DNA of 64,000 bases from a bacterium (GTDB lineage Bacteria > UBA8248): NCBI GenBank assembly GCA_965221165.1, contig CBDCRP010000003.1:704001-768000 (forward strand). Reading direction: 5' to 3'. The notes beneath the pieces were generated by a model, which was not told the origin of the DNA, did not search any database, and worked only from the letters and a program-made list of their open reading frames with translations. The first letter of the stretch is position 1. Each line of letters starts with the position of its first letter. Shown piece after piece: positions 1 through 11,129 of this stretch. The position numbers and the translations under genes are program-made.

Positions 1-2360
1 CGCCCGGCGGCTCCGGCGCCACGTTCCCTCAGATAAGAGGCCGTCCATTCACCGGCTTTCGCGGCAAGATGCTTGTTTTTCGACTCGAAACGCAGTCTGG
101 CCAGGCGTCGATACGGCGGGTAGCCCATCCGCTCCCTCGCCAGGGCTTCTCTCTTGTAAAACCCGGCGTAATCATGCGTACGGGCGCACTGAACCGCGAA
201 ATGATCCGGCCTGAATGTCTGAATGAGGACCTCTCCCGGCAAATCGGCGCGGCCCGCCCGGCCGGCCACCTGCGTCAATAGCTGAAAAGTCCGCTCGCTC
301 GCCCTGAAATCCGGCAGATGAAGCCCGACGTCGGCCACCACGACGCCCACGAGCGTCAGTTTCGGGAAATCATGGCCCTTCGCCACCATTTGCGTCCCGA
401 TCAATACGTCGATTTCCCCGTTTCGCATGGCGCCGAATATCCGTTCGTACGCGCCCGCGCGACGGGTGGTGTCGCGATCCAGACGCTGCACGCGTGCTTC
501 GGGGAATCGCGCCCTCACGGCCTCCTCCACGCGCTCCGTCCCCACGCCGAAATAACCCACGCGCTCGCTACGGCACGAAGGGCACCTACTGGGTGGATGC
601 GCGCTGTAATCGCACCAATGGCACTGCACCCTTCCCCCGCCGTCACGGTGAAAAGTCAAGGGAATCGAACAATTGCGACACTGAAGCGCCTCGCCACAAT
701 CGCGGCACAGGATCACCGAGGAGAACCCGCGCCGATTCAGGAACAACAGCGTCTGCTCGCCTTTCGCCAGCCGCTCTTTTATGGCCGCCACCAAATCGCG
801 CGTCAAAAGCTCGGGCGTCTTGGGATCGGAGCCTGCCTCTTTTCTTAAATCCACCAATCGCACTTCCGGCAACGTTCCCCCCGTGGGTCGATGTGACAAC
901 GTGCGAAGGCGGTAGCGACCGCTTCTGGCGCTCGTATAGCTTTCAATCGATGGCGTCGCCGAACCCAGCACGACCGGAACCCCCAAGTTTCTGGCGCGCA
1001 CGATTCCGGTATCCCTCGCGTGGTAGCGGGGGGATTCCTCCTGCTTGTAGGAGCCGTCGTGCTCCTCGTCCACCGCGATCATTCCCAGGTTCGGAATCGG
1101 GGCGAAAACGGCGGACCTCGTGCCCACGACGATGGACGCATCCCCGCTCTTGATTCGCCGCCATTCGGATATGCGTTTTTTTTCCGAATAGGCGCTATGC
1201 AGACAAGCCACCAAATGACCAAAACGCTCGTGAAACCGCCCCAACAATTGGGGGGTCAGGCCGATTTCCGGCACGAGAATCAAAGCGCCCGACCCGTTAT
1301 CGAGAGCCTTTTGCGCCAGTTGAATATAGACTTCCGTTTTCCCGCTTCCCGTGACGCCGTGAAGAAGCGTCACCGAAAATTCCCTTTTTTGAATATCCCT
1401 ACTCACCAATTCGAGCGATTCTTTCTGCTCATCCGTAAGGTCCATAAAAGGCGCACCGGGGTTTGGACGCAGGTCGCGCACATCCTCCTCATCGGGCGCG
1501 AGGTCTTCCTCCATCTCGATCCATCCCTTTTTCTCCAAAGCCGCGCATGCAGTGCGCGCGCCTTTCGAGAGGATTTCCAGTTCCTGCACTCGCATCCGCC
1601 CACCATCCGCCTGGCCCAAGAGACGCAGGATTTCCGCTTGGCGTTTCGCGCGTTTTTCCAAATCCTTCAAATCATCCTCTCCGGGCTTCTCGCAAAGACG
1701 CGCGTACTTGGTCTTTCTGGGTCTTGAACCACCCACGGCATCGACAATTTTCTCCACGAAGCCCGCATCGAGAAGGCGCATGAGTTCCGGGCGCGTTCCG
1801 CGTCCGAACGAAGCCGTAAGGGAACCGATGGTTCTCGGAGCCTTGCGGAGCGCCACCAGAATTCCCGCCTTGTGGCTTCCCTTTCCCTCTGAGGGTTTCA
1901 GCCCGGGCAAGCCCAGGCCGCCTTCCGCGAACGCGGCCTCGCGCCTGCCCGATTCACTCAGCCGGTAACGCTCTACGGTTTTCTTCTCTTTGTGGGAAGG
2001 AAGCGCGAATTTAAGCGCCTCCCCCCAGCCGCAACAATAGTATTCCGCCACCCACTTGGTGAGTTCCAAAAGCTCCGGCGTGAGCAACGGCTCATCGTCT
2101 ATCATCTCCAGAACGGATTTTATCGAGGCAGGCTCCACCCCGGCCGGCGGACTCTCGCCCGGCGGGCCGACGACGTATCCCGTAACCTTCCTTTTTCCCA
2201 GCGGCACCAGTACGCGCAGCCCGGGCGCCAGCCTCTCCGCGAACTCATGACCCGCCCGGTAGGTGAGCGGCTTGAGCTGCGGGACGCTGAGCGCAACCTC
2301 GACATAAAGACTTCCCGGTTCTCGCGCTTTCGCGACCTCTTTTTTGATGGTGTATTTCAC
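1..2360 (-). CDS. priA: Primosomal protein N' (replication restart helicase), 3' end beyond window
   Basis: Absent from the ORF track because no stop lies in the window. Manual translation of selected segments from GTG at 2360 gives YVEVALSVPQLKPLTY...PGLRVLVPLGKRKVTG, Walker A LLHGVTGSGKTEVY (~1330-1370) and IAVDEEHDGSYKQ (~1045-1080). GTGA overlap with the upstream stop. Confidence 0.95.
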   Translation of the reverse strand, partial: MKYTIKKEVAKAREPGSLYVEVALSVPQLKPLTYRAGHEFAERLAPGLRVLVPLGKRKVTGYVVGPPGESPPAGVEPASIKSVLEMIDDEPLLTPELLELTKWVAEYYCCGWGEALKFALPSHKEKKTVERYRLSESGRREAAFAEGGLGLPGLKPSEGKGSHKAGILVALRKAPRTIGSLTASFGRGTRPELMRLLDAGFVEKIVDAVGGSRPRKTKYARLCEKPGEDDLKDLEKRAKRQAEILRLLGQADGGRMRVQELEILSKGARTACAALEKKGWIEMEEDLAPDEEDVRDLRPNPGAPFMDLTDEQKESLELVSRDIQKREFSVTLLHGVTGSGKTEVYIQLAQKALDNGSGALILVPEIGLTPQLLGRFHERFGHLVACLHSAYSEKKRISEWRRIKSGDASIVVGTRSAVFAPIPNLGMIAVDEEHDGSYKQEESPRYHARDTGIVRARNLGVPVVLGSATPSIESYTSARSGRYRLRTLSHRPTGGTLPEVRLVDLRKEAGSDPKTPELLTRDLVAAIKERLAKGEQTLLFLNRRGFSSVILCRDCGEALQCRNCSIPLTFHRDGGGRVQCHWCDYSAHPPSRCPSCRSERVGYFGVGTERVEEAVRARFPEARVQRLDRDTTRRAGAYERIFGAMRNGEIDVLIGTQMVAKGHDFPKLTLVGVVVADVGLHLPDFRASERTFQLLTQVAGRAGRADLPGEVLIQTFRPDHFAVQCARTHDYAGFYKREALARERMGYPPYRRLARLRFESKNKHLAAKAGEWTASYLRERGAGAAG

Positions 2361-3325
2361 GGACGAGGCGTCCCGCCGTTCATGATGGTCTGGAGGTGAT
2401 CCCGGGTGAGATTCCGCCCGCTCAGGATTCCGGCGACTCGTTTGCCCTTCAGGTCCATTTTCATCGCAGCCGCCGTCGCGGCGGCGCCCGCGCCCTCGGC
2501 GATGAGGTGCGTTTCCGAGACGAGCAGACGAATGGCGTCGCACAATTCCTCCTCGCTCACCATCACGATTTCATCCACATATCGCCTCATCATCGAGAAC
2601 GTCAGTTCAAAAGGCATCCTCGTGGCGAGACCATCCGCAAAGGTGTTCGCCGCCGGCTGGGGCAGCATTTCTCCTGCGTAAAAACTCTTGAAGAACGCCG
2701 GAGCGTTTTCCGCCTGAACCCCCACGACATGCACTTTTGCGTTGATGTGCTTGGCGACGAGGCCCGCGCCGCACACCCCGCTGCCCCCGCCGAGGGGAAC
2801 GATGATCACCTCGACATCCGGTTCGCGCTCCATGATTTCCAGCGTCTGGGTCGCCACGCCCGCGATGAGGTGCGGCTCGTTGGCCGAGTGAACATAGCGC
2901 ATACCCCGCGCTTCGCATTGCTCCTCACACCACACCCTGGCGTCATCGAAATCCTTGCCCACGAATGCGACTTCCGCCCCCAGTCTCTCGATGGCCGAGA
3001 TTTTATCCGGATTGGCTCCATTCGGCGCCGCCACCAACGCCTTTACACCGAAAATCCGCGCGGCATAGGCGATGGACTGCCCATGGTTGCCGGTCGACGC
3101 CGTGATGAGGCCCGATTTCTTCTCATCCGGCCCAAGCTGGGCGACGAGATTCACGCCGCCGCGCACCTTGAATGCGCCGATGGGCTGCATGGACTCGAAT
3201 TTCATGAAATACCTACACCCCATGCGCTCAGAGAGCACCGGCACCTCGTGAAAGGGCGTGGGCTGCAAATATGCGGCAATGCGTTTTTGCGCCGCCAAAA
3301 CATCGTCAAACGCAGGCTCGCTCAT
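2357..3325 (-). CDS. PLP-dependent threonine/serine dehydratase family protein
   Basis: KFESMQPIGAFKVRGG (PLP lysine), ASTGNHGQ, PLGGGSG motifs. ATG at 3325 follows GGAGGA. Confidence 0.9.
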   Translation of the reverse strand: MSEPAFDDVLAAQKRIAAYLQPTPFHEVPVLSERMGCRYFMKFESMQPIGAFKVRGGVNLVAQLGPDEKKSGLITASTGNHGQSIAYAARIFGVKALVAAPNGANPDKISAIERLGAEVAFVGKDFDDARVWCEEQCEARGMRYVHSANEPHLIAGVATQTLEIMEREPDVEVIIVPLGGGSGVCGAGLVAKHINAKVHVVGVQAENAPAFFKSFYAGEMLPQPAANTFADGLATRMPFELTFSMMRRYVDEIVMVSEEELCDAIRLLVSETHLIAEGAGAAATAAAMKMDLKGKRVAGILSGRNLTRDHLQTIMNGGTPRP

Positions 3326-3578
3326 GGTTCCTCCGGTGGTGGGCGTATCCCGTATTCTTATAGCAAAATTTACGCCGCCGGGAGCCACCACGAAACGAGA
3401 AAAAGACGGTTTTTTCTATCCATCTGAAATCTCGGGCATTACACCCCGCTACGTGCGTGATCGAGGAGGGGCCATCCCGGCCGGCTTTCGCCCGTAGATG
3501 CGGATGTTGACCCCCTTCGTCGCGCAACCTAGAATGCCTGCACGAACAAAAACGATTTCTTTGCCGTGGAGGTTTATT

Positions 3579-3908
3579 ATGAAAAGCGCTCTGGAAATAG
3601 CGATGGAGAAAACTTCCGCCATCGGGGAGAAAGCGCGCCAGGAACTGGAAAAACTCACCCCCGAGCAAAGGGACAAGATTGAGGAAATCAAAAAGGTATA
3701 CGCGGGGAAAATCGCTGAAAAAGACGTTCTCCACCAACAGGAATTGCTGAAAATGACGGGCGGCGCTCCCATCGAAGCCGTCGAGGCGCAACTCGAAACC
3801 GAGGCCAGAGAGGCGCTTGGCGCATTCCGCCAGAAATTCCGGGACGAGCGTGAGGCGCTCGAAGCCGAGCGTGACGAGAAAATAGAAGCCATCAAACAAG
3901 AAAGTTGA
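3579..3908 (+). CDS. Hypothetical coiled-coil protein (MKSALEIAMEKT N-terminus)
   Basis: GGAGG RBS, E/K-rich helical ORF, co-oriented with the next gene. Confidence 0.75.
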   Translation: MKSALEIAMEKTSAIGEKARQELEKLTPEQRDKIEEIKKVYAGKIAEKDVLHQQELLKMTGGAPIEAVEAQLETEAREALGAFRQKFRDEREALEAERDEKIEAIKQES

Positions 3909-3915
3909 CCCATCC

Positions 3916-4887
3916 ATGAGCCGTGTTGCGATTGTCCGTTGTCGAGATTATGAGAGAGAGCGCGTAAGCGACGCCGTCGCCCAAGCCTTCGAAGCCCTGG
4001 GTGGCGCAGCGCAATTCACCTCTAAAACCGATGAGATTCTCCTGAAACCCAATATCCTGAAAGGCGCGCCGCCGGAAAGCGCGTTGACCACCCACCCCGA
4101 AATACTCCGGGCGGTGGCGGAGCAAATTCAGAACTCGGCCTCCCCTCCCCGAATACTGTCCATGGGCGACAGCCCCGCCTGGGGAAGCCTCGCCAGTTGC
4201 GCCGAGCAAGCCGGTTTATTGGAAATATGCGAGGAACTCGGACTTCCGCTCACCCAATTCCGGCAAGGGGTAAAAATCCCCAATCCGGACGGGGTCGTTT
4301 ATGCGCACCTCACCATGGCGAAAGAGGCCATGGGCGTAGACGGAATCATCAACCTGCCGAAGCTCAAGACCCATTGCCAGCTTTATATGACGGGCGCGGT
4401 CAAGAATCTGTTCGGTTGCGTGGCGGGAAAAAGAAAGGCGTGGTGGCACTTCAAGGCGGGAACTTTCGAGGATTATTTTCCGCTCATGCTCATTGAAACG
4501 GCGCGATTGTTGAATACGAGGCTCTCCGTTCTGGACGCCGTCTACGCGATGGAAGGCCAGGGTCCCGCACAGGGAACCCCCCGCCGGGTGGGCGTCATCA
4601 TCGCGAGCGCAGACCCGGTGGCGCTCGACCGTGTCGCCTGCGAGGTATCAGGACTCGCGCCCGAAAAACTGAGAACCCTGGAAGCCGCCCGGCTGACGGG
4701 CTTCGGTGAGGCGGATTTGGACAAAATCGAAGTGGTGGGACTGCCCCTTCAGGAGGCGAAACTCTCCAGTCCCCTGGTCGAGCCCAGAATGATACCGATA
4801 GGCTTCAGCATCCCGCGCGTCGTCAAGAGCACGCTGAAACAACAGTGGCTCACGCGCGTGCGGGAACCTCTCCGGAAAATTTCATAG
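3916..4887 (+). CDS. DUF362 domain-containing protein
   Basis: ILLKPN, TTHP, GDSP, INLPKLKTH, TGAVKNLFG, MEGQGP and DPVALD motifs. Confidence 0.85.
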   Translation: MSRVAIVRCRDYERERVSDAVAQAFEALGGAAQFTSKTDEILLKPNILKGAPPESALTTHPEILRAVAEQIQNSASPPRILSMGDSPAWGSLASCAEQAGLLEICEELGLPLTQFRQGVKIPNPDGVVYAHLTMAKEAMGVDGIINLPKLKTHCQLYMTGAVKNLFGCVAGKRKAWWHFKAGTFEDYFPLMLIETARLLNTRLSVLDAVYAMEGQGPAQGTPRRVGVIIASADPVALDRVACEVSGLAPEKLRTLEAARLTGFGEADLDKIEVVGLPLQEAKLSSPLVEPRMIPIGFSIPRVVKSTLKQQWLTRVREPLRKIS

Positions 4888-4901
4888 ATTTTCTTGCTAA
4901 A

Positions 4902-5675
4902 TTAGATATTCGAGCGGCTTTGCGAGCCGTCCACGTTCCAGCAGGCCCCATGCACCAGGCTCGCTCTCGGGCTCACCATGAAGACGGCCACGGCGGAGAG
5001 TTCCTCGGGGCGACCGAACCGGCCCAGCGGCATTTCCGAGTCGATGAAGCCCTTCAATCCATCCACCGCCTCATTTGTCCTCCGCTCCCAGACCCCGCCC
5101 GGGAAAATGATGCTGCCGGGGGCGATTGAATTGACCCGAATGTTATCCTGCGCCGTCTGCTGTGCGAGGCCCTTGGAGAAGCTGATGAGCGCCGCCTTGG
5201 ATGCGTTGTACGTCATCGCGCCCTTCGATTCGCGGCCATAGATAGAGGCGACGTTCAGGATAGAGCCTCCGCCTCTTTTTTTCATCTCCGGTATCACGAG
5301 ACGCGAGAGCGTCACCGCATGATAGAGGTTGAAATCGAACCCTTCGCGCCATTCCGCGTCCGTGATGTCGAGAAACGCCTTGGGGTTGCTGCCGCCTACG
5401 TTGTTCACGAGAATATCGACGCCGCCGAACGCATCGAGCGCCTTGCGCAAAAAAGCATCGGGCACGCCCTCTTGCGTCACGTCGCCCACCAAACCCGCCG
5501 TGCGGCCGCCGCCCAGCGCGTTCAGTTCATCGACGGCCTCACGCAGGCGCTCCTCTCCCCGCGCGCTTATCGCCACGTGGCAGCCCTCGCCCACCAGATC
5601 CTTTGCGATATGAAAGCCGAGGCCCCGACTGCCGCCTGAGATCATCGCCACTTTATCGGTGAGCATCAAATCCAT
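4902..5675 (-). CDS. SDR family oxidoreductase
   Basis: SGGSRGLG, NNVG, YNASK, IRVNSIAPG. Confidence 0.9.
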   Translation of the reverse strand: MDLMLTDKVAMISGGSRGLGFHIAKDLVGEGCHVAISARGEERLREAVDELNALGGGRTAGLVGDVTQEGVPDAFLRKALDAFGGVDILVNNVGGSNPKAFLDITDAEWREGFDFNLYHAVTLSRLVIPEMKKRGGGSILNVASIYGRESKGAMTYNASKAALISFSKGLAQQTAQDNIRVNSIAPGSIIFPGGVWERRTNEAVDGLKGFIDSEMPLGRFGRPEELSAVAVFMVSPRASLVHGACWNVDGSQSRSNI

Positions 5676-5746
5676 TGTTTTTCCTCCCGAGCCGGAGAGT
5701 GCGGAGGCACGCGGCGAGCGGCCCCGAGAAGCATCACATGATGTCC

Positions 5747-6931
5747 CTAAGCGGGCTCGTCCAGCGTCTGCGCGGCGCGCAGCAGCGTCATCGAGTCCGT
5801 CCCGTCGCCGTGCAGGAAGGTGAGCAGGTCGCGCATCATCTTCTCCGTCGGCGTTTCCTTCATGATGCCGATGCCACCGAGAATATCCGTGGCGAAAGCG
5901 ATCGTCTTGAGCGCCACCTGATCGCTGAACACCTTTCCGTAGCGCGTGAAGCGCGTGTTGTAGCTCTCATCGTTCTCCACGCCCCAACTGATGCGCCACA
6001 TGAACTGCTCGGCCACCTCGATGTTCATGAGCATCTCGGCGAGTTGGTGCTGTATCGTCTGATGCTCGATGATGGGCTTGCCGCCCTGTATGCGCTCTTT
6101 CGCGTGCTGGAGACAGAAATTGTAAATACCGCGCGCAATGCCCGTATTACACGCCGGAAGCTCGGCGCTGCCCCGGAACACCGTGCCGAAGGTGTGAAAA
6201 CCCTTATTCACCCCGCCCAGGATGTCGTCCTTATGAACGCGCACGTTGTCGTAGTAGCTCTCGGCATTGGGATACAGCCTGTAGCCGAGCTTGTCGTGCA
6301 CGTTGCCGTAGGTAACGCCCTCCTGGTCCCCGTGTACGAGAAAGCAGCTAGTCCCCTGATGAAGCGGAACAGTGGGGTCCGTCCTCGCGAAGACCAGCAG
6401 GATTTTCGCCCAACTCGTGAGGGAGGTGAACCGTTTCGCACCGTTGATGACGTAGTAATCGCCATCCTCGACCGCCGAGGTTTTAAGGCCCAGACTGGGG
6501 TCGGACTGGCGGTAGATGTTGTCCGAACCGTAATCCGGCTCCGTTATCACGAACGAGCCCACGCAGTCGTGATCCTCGACGAACATCTTGCCCCATTTTT
6601 CGATCTGCGCCTCCGTGCCGCATTTGAAGAGCGCGTTCGATATCTTCCAGCACTGGCTCAGACACTTGATGACGCCGATCTCGATTTGCGCGCCCGTCCA
6701 GAGACAGAGAGCCTTCGTCGTCGTATCGGCCCCGATGCCTCCATGTTCCTCGGGAACCGCCATGGTGCGCAGGCCGAGCTGCGACGCCTTGTTGAGGAGC
6801 TCGCCCGGATAGCAATCCTTCGGGTCGGGCCGCCTGTCCATTTCCGCGGCGACGGGCGCGACATCGCGCTCCATGAAATCCCGGGTCAGATCCGCCAGCG
6901 CCAACTGCTCTTCAGTGAATGGATATTGCAT
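5747..6931 (-). CDS. Acyl-CoA dehydrogenase family protein
   Basis: ITEPDYGSD, YVINGAKRFTS, ERIQGGKPI, ILGGIG. Confidence 0.9.
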   Translation of the reverse strand: MQYPFTEEQLALADLTRDFMERDVAPVAAEMDRRPDPKDCYPGELLNKASQLGLRTMAVPEEHGGIGADTTTKALCLWTGAQIEIGVIKCLSQCWKISNALFKCGTEAQIEKWGKMFVEDHDCVGSFVITEPDYGSDNIYRQSDPSLGLKTSAVEDGDYYVINGAKRFTSLTSWAKILLVFARTDPTVPLHQGTSCFLVHGDQEGVTYGNVHDKLGYRLYPNAESYYDNVRVHKDDILGGVNKGFHTFGTVFRGSAELPACNTGIARGIYNFCLQHAKERIQGGKPIIEHQTIQHQLAEMLMNIEVAEQFMWRISWGVENDESYNTRFTRYGKVFSDQVALKTIAFATDILGGIGIMKETPTEKMMRDLLTFLHGDGTDSMTLLRAAQTLDEPA

Positions 6932-7040
6932 AACTCCTCCAAATCTTTGAGAAGAACTCTCATCAAAAGTAAGTGCGTATTCCTTGGTTATCCTCTCGCG
7001 CCCATGGTGTCAACATGAATCCGGCATACCACCCAGCGCC

Positions 7041-8726
7041 TCAAGCGCCCGCATGGCGCGCCGCCGCCTCACGCAACTCATCCCCTATCGGGACCCTCTG
7101 GTGCGCCGGGGCGTCATCAGGCCCCAACGATACATGGATGTTGGCCAGCCAGTTCTCATCATCGCGCTCGGGAGAATCAGACCTCGTATGCGCCCCCCGG
7201 CTTTCGGCGCGCATGGCCATCGAGCCCAGCATCGCCTCTGCGGTAAGGCACATGAGCCTCGACTGTGCATGGCGCGAGAGGAGCGAACCGGCGGACGTCA
7301 TTCCCGCTATTCTCTCTTTGTGAGCGGCTATCTTCGTGATGCCCTCTTGCAGCGCCGGCGCATCGCGCTCAATGCCGCCGGAGGAAAACATGATTTCGCG
7401 TATATTCTCTTCTATTTCATCCAGTTGGTCCTCATCCACCACGTCCACGCCCGCTGCGCCCACCTCACCTTTTTCAGGCGGCCCGCCCTCTCCCGCCACG
7501 TGGGCGGCGGCCCGGCCCGCCCGGTCACCCATCACCGCGCACACGGTGAGGCCCCCGCTCGCCAGGCGATTCGCTCCGTGCAAGCCGCCTCCGTTCTCAC
7601 CGGCGGCGAAAAGACCGTCCACGTCCGTTCGCCCGTTCGTGTCGATGAGGACGCCGCCCATGCACGAGTGCGCGGCGGGAGCGATTTCTATCGGCTCTTT
7701 CCGCACGTCGAGACCCGCCGCCTCGAAATCATCGATGATCTCGCCCATCACGTCTCTCAGCCCCTGGTAGGGCACCTGTGTCAAATCAAGATACACGCCG
7801 CCGTTTTCGCCTCCCCGCCCCTCTATGATTTCGCGGTGCATCGCGCGGGAGAGAACATCGCGCTTGGCGTGTTCCATATCGTCGGGCGCATAGCGGGTCA
7901 TGAACCGTTCATTCAGATTGTTCCTGATTCTCGCTTCGGGGAAGGAAAGGGCCATGCCCCCTGAGTTTCTGCCCCTGAGCTGCGGCGGATGGGCCAGCGC
8001 CGTGGGGGTGAACTGCACGAATTCCATGTCCCGCAATCGCGCCCCGGCGTCGAGCGCAGCCCCGTAGCCGACTCCCGCGACGCCCGGCGCATTCGTCGTT
8101 ACGGGATACATTCCCCCCAAACCGCCCATCGCCAGAATCGTGGCGCGCGCATACGCCCGAAGCAGATTCCCGTTTTCTTCCACCTGAAAATCGGCTCCCA
8201 CTACCCTCCCGCCGGCATCGCGCAGCAACCCGACGAAGGATAGCCCCTCCAGAACGCGCGCTCCGCTCTGCGCGAGTCTCGCGCCCAGAACCATCATCAT
8301 CCGGGGGCCGCCGCCTGGCACGCGCGCTCCCCGGGGGTAGGTATGCCCGGGAAGTTTCGTGGGCGTCATTCGACCGTTTTTCTCCAAAAAAGGAACCACA
8401 TGAGCGCGCAGACGCTCTATCGCGGCTCCCGATTCGGATGCGACCGTACGCACCAGGGCAGGGTCTGACATGAACCATCCGCTGCGGAAATTATCCGCCA
8501 CCATGGTTTCCACGGAATCATCCGGCAGGGAAAAACCCTCGAGTATCGTTGCGAAAACACCGCCCGCGCGCGCGGAATTTCCGCTCAAACCGGCCTCGCC
8601 CTTCATGGCGATGCAAACGTCCGCCCCTTCTTCGCGCGCCGCGAGAGCAGCCAGCGTTCCCGCCAGCCCTCCGCCGACGACCAATACATCCGTGCGTATT
8701 TCTTCCACGATTTCTCCGAACATCAC
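7041..8726 (-). CDS. FAD-dependent oxidoreductase, SdhA/FrdA/NadB family (divergent)
   Basis: [51 protein letters not shown]. Confidence 0.85.
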   Translation of the reverse strand: MMFGEIVEEIRTDVLVVGGGLAGTLAALAAREEGADVCIAMKGEAGLSGNSARAGGVFATILEGFSLPDDSVETMVADNFRSGWFMSDPALVRTVASESGAAIERLRAHVVPFLEKNGRMTPTKLPGHTYPRGARVPGGGPRMMMVLGARLAQSGARVLEGLSFVGLLRDAGGRVVGADFQVEENGNLLRAYARATILAMGGLGGMYPVTTNAPGVAGVGYGAALDAGARLRDMEFVQFTPTALAHPPQLRGRNSGGMALSFPEARIRNNLNERFMTRYAPDDMEHAKRDVLSRAMHREIIEGRGGENGGVYLDLTQVPYQGLRDVMGEIIDDFEAAGLDVRKEPIEIAPAAHSCMGGVLIDTNGRTDVDGLFAAGENGGGLHGANRLASGGLTVCAVMGDRAGRAAAHVAGEGGPPEKGEVGAAGVDVVDEDQLDEIEENIREIMFSSGGIERDAPALQEGITKIAAHKERIAGMTSAGSLLSRHAQSRLMCLTAEAMLGSMAMRAESRGAHTRSDSPERDDENWLANIHVSLGPDDAPAHQRVPIGDELREAAARHAGA

Positions 8727-9412
8727 ATATCGGGATAAGGGAGCGGGTCCCGTTCACCGATTTCCTCGAACCCCTTTCGCCTCAGGATGCAAGCGTCGCA
8801 TGACCCGCAGGGCCGCCCCTCGTCCAGCGGATCGTAGCAGGTATGGGTGAGAGAAAAATCCACTCCCAACTCCAGACCTTTAAGCACGATGTCGGACTTT
8901 CGCATTGTGCTCAAAGGCGTATGGATCACAAGAGGCGCGCCCCCCACGCCCGATTTCGTGGCCAGGCGCGCCATGCGTTCATAGGCTTCGATGTATTCGG
9001 GGCGGCAATCCGGATAGCCGGAATAATCGAGCGCGTTCACCCCGATAAAAATATCACTCGCGCCCTTCACCTCGGCCAAGGCCAGCGCATAGCTCAGAAA
9101 AATGGTGTTTCGCGCGGGCACATAGGTAACGGGTATGCCCTCTCCGATGTCGGCGCGCTCCTTGGGCACCTCGATGTCGTCGGTGAGCGCGCTCCCGCCG
9201 ATGGCGCGCATGTCGATGGACAATACGGCATGGCCCGATGCGCCGATTTGTTTCGCCACTTTTTTCGCGGCTATAAGTTCACACCGGTGCCTTTGCCCGT
9301 AGTCGAAACTGAGCGCCTCGCAGGCGAAGCCTTGCCCGTTCGCTATCGCCAGAACGACGGCGGAATCCATGCCGCCGCTCAGGAGAACGACCGCCACTCT
9401 TTTCCCGTCCAC
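8723..9412 (-). CDS. queC: 7-cyano-7-deazaguanine synthase
   Basis: [35 protein letters not shown]-terminal CY...CGSCDAC. GTG start after AGGAG. Confidence 0.95.
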   Translation of the reverse strand: MDGKRVAVVLLSGGMDSAVVLAIANGQGFACEALSFDYGQRHRCELIAAKKVAKQIGASGHAVLSIDMRAIGGSALTDDIEVPKERADIGEGIPVTYVPARNTIFLSYALALAEVKGASDIFIGVNALDYSGYPDCRPEYIEAYERMARLATKSGVGGAPLVIHTPLSTMRKSDIVLKGLELGVDFSLTHTCYDPLDEGRPCGSCDACILRRKGFEEIGERDPLPYPDM

Positions 9413-9530
9413 GTACGAACTCCTGCCTCTGCCGGTTGGATGAGCCTCTCTGCGAAAAAACGCATAATAGGGTATTCTAGCGCTTCGGCAAAGGTGAATG
9501 ACGTGTTTCTTCCACCTGGAGGAGAGGACG

Positions 9531-10331
9531 ATGCCCGTTGCGACGGTGAATGGAGTGAACCTCGCGTACGTCATGAAAGGCAGGGGAGCGCCCCTCGTCG
9601 CGATGCACGGATTCGCCAACTCCATATACACCTGGGAGCCGGTGATGGATGCGTTTTCCCGGCGTTTTCAGGCCTTCGCATACGATCATCGCGGCCACGG
9701 GGGGTCGAGCAAAAAACAAAACCCTTATGAGATTCAAACCCTCACCGATGATCTGCTGGGTCTCCTGAACTTCTGGGGACTCGACAGGGTCCACCTCATG
9801 GGACACAGCATGGGCGGGCGCGTCGCCCTGTTGTTCGCCTTACAACACCCCGAGAGACTCGAGAGCCTGATGCTCATCGGCGCCTCCGCAGCAGCACCCG
9901 AAGGAGAAGTGAGACGACGATTCGAACTTCTTCGAAAAATGGCGCTCGATGAAGGAATGGCGGCGGTTCTCAAGAGCGAGGATATGCGGGCAACCCTCCC
10001 CCGGGACTACATCGACGGCCCAAGTGCGGAGAAATTCAAAAGGCTATTCCTCAAAAACACACCCACCGACTACGCCGCGGCGGCAGACGCCATCCTCCAA
10101 ACGCCGGACATGACGGCGCGCCTGGGTGAAATCCAGGCTCCCGCCTGGGTTTGCACGGGCGAGGGAGACGCCGGGGCGATGGCATATGGGGAGATGTTCG
10201 AGGAGCGAATCCCGGGTTGCGTGAGAACGATTATCCCCGCCTGCGGGCATTTTCCGATGCAGGATGCGCCCGAGGCTTTTTGCGCCGCGTTCGATGACTT
10301 CGTCGAGGCGGCGATTGATTCGGACTCATAA
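9531..10331 (+). CDS. Alpha/beta hydrolase
   Basis: [17 protein letters not shown] nucleophile elbow, GH. Confidence 0.9.
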   Translation: MPVATVNGVNLAYVMKGRGAPLVAMHGFANSIYTWEPVMDAFSRRFQAFAYDHRGHGGSSKKQNPYEIQTLTDDLLGLLNFWGLDRVHLMGHSMGGRVALLFALQHPERLESLMLIGASAAAPEGEVRRRFELLRKMALDEGMAAVLKSEDMRATLPRDYIDGPSAEKFKRLFLKNTPTDYAAAADAILQTPDMTARLGEIQAPAWVCTGEGDAGAMAYGEMFEERIPGCVRTIIPACGHFPMQDAPEAFCAAFDDFVEAAIDSDS

Positions 10332-10342
10332 GGAGAACCTCC

Positions 10343-10744
10343 ATGACGCATGACGAGGCGGTGGCCTTCCTGAGCGAGCAGCACTACGGCGTCCTGAGCA
10401 CCCTGCTCGAGGACGGGAGATCGCACCCCACGCCCATCGTGTTCGACTACAAAGAAGGAGTCGCGGAGATTTCCATGACGTGGGACCGCGTGAAGGCCAA
10501 AAACCTGAAGCGCGACCCCAGGGCAACGCTTTGCGTGATGCCGCAAGACAGCTTCTATCCCTACCTCTGCGCGGAAGGCGAGGCAGAACTCATCGAAGAC
10601 CCGGACGGCACGAAAAACCTCGACCTCTACAGGCGCATCACCGGAAAGGACCCCGACGACCTCGATGAATACTTAGGAGCGATGAAAAACGAGAAACGAC
10701 TCGTGGCCAGACTGAGCGTCAAGAGGATGTATCCGATTGGGTGA
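10343..10744 (+). CDS. PPOX-class (pyridoxamine 5'-phosphate oxidase-like) oxidoreductase
   Basis: VLSTLLEDGRSH, KAKNLKRDPRATLCV. Confidence 0.85.
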   Translation: MTHDEAVAFLSEQHYGVLSTLLEDGRSHPTPIVFDYKEGVAEISMTWDRVKAKNLKRDPRATLCVMPQDSFYPYLCAEGEAELIEDPDGTKNLDLYRRITGKDPDDLDEYLGAMKNEKRLVARLSVKRMYPIG

Positions 10745-10802
10745 GCCGGCCCTCGTTTGTGTTATGATTCGAAGTGAACCCACCAAATAAGGAGGATGCT
10801 TC

Positions 10803-11117
10803 ATGGCCGTCACCGCAATCGTCCGTTTCCCGTTTCCTGAAGAAAAAAGCGAGGAGGAGCTGGTTGCTGGTTTCGAGAGTTCGTCGGCCCTCTACCGCGA
10901 TGTACCGGGCCTCTTGCGTAAATACTATCTGTTGTCCGAGGACCGGCGGACCGGGGGCGGGGTCTATATCTTCGAATCGCGCGCCGACGCCGAGCGCGTC
11001 CATGACGACGTATGGCGCGCCAGGCTGCGCGAGCGCATGGGAGTCGAGCCCGAGGTCCAATACTTCGACTCGCCCGTCATCGTCGACAACGAAGCCAAGG
11101 CCGCTTCCACCGCATAA
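10803..11117 (+). CDS. YdhR-like putative monooxygenase, copy 1
   Basis: YRDVPGLLRKYY...GGVYIFES...SPVIVDN. Confidence 0.8.
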   Translation: MAVTAIVRFPFPEEKSEEELVAGFESSSALYRDVPGLLRKYYLLSEDRRTGGGVYIFESRADAERVHDDVWRARLRERMGVEPEVQYFDSPVIVDNEAKAASTA

Positions 11118-11129
11118 GGAGGGTGCTCT

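Noticed and set aside
69-2399. Plus-strand ORFs of 70-235 aa
   Set aside because: They are antisense shadows of priA, which the track missed.
9413-9500. preQ1 riboswitch upstream of queC
   Set aside because: No recognisable preQ1 stem-loop with an A-rich tail.
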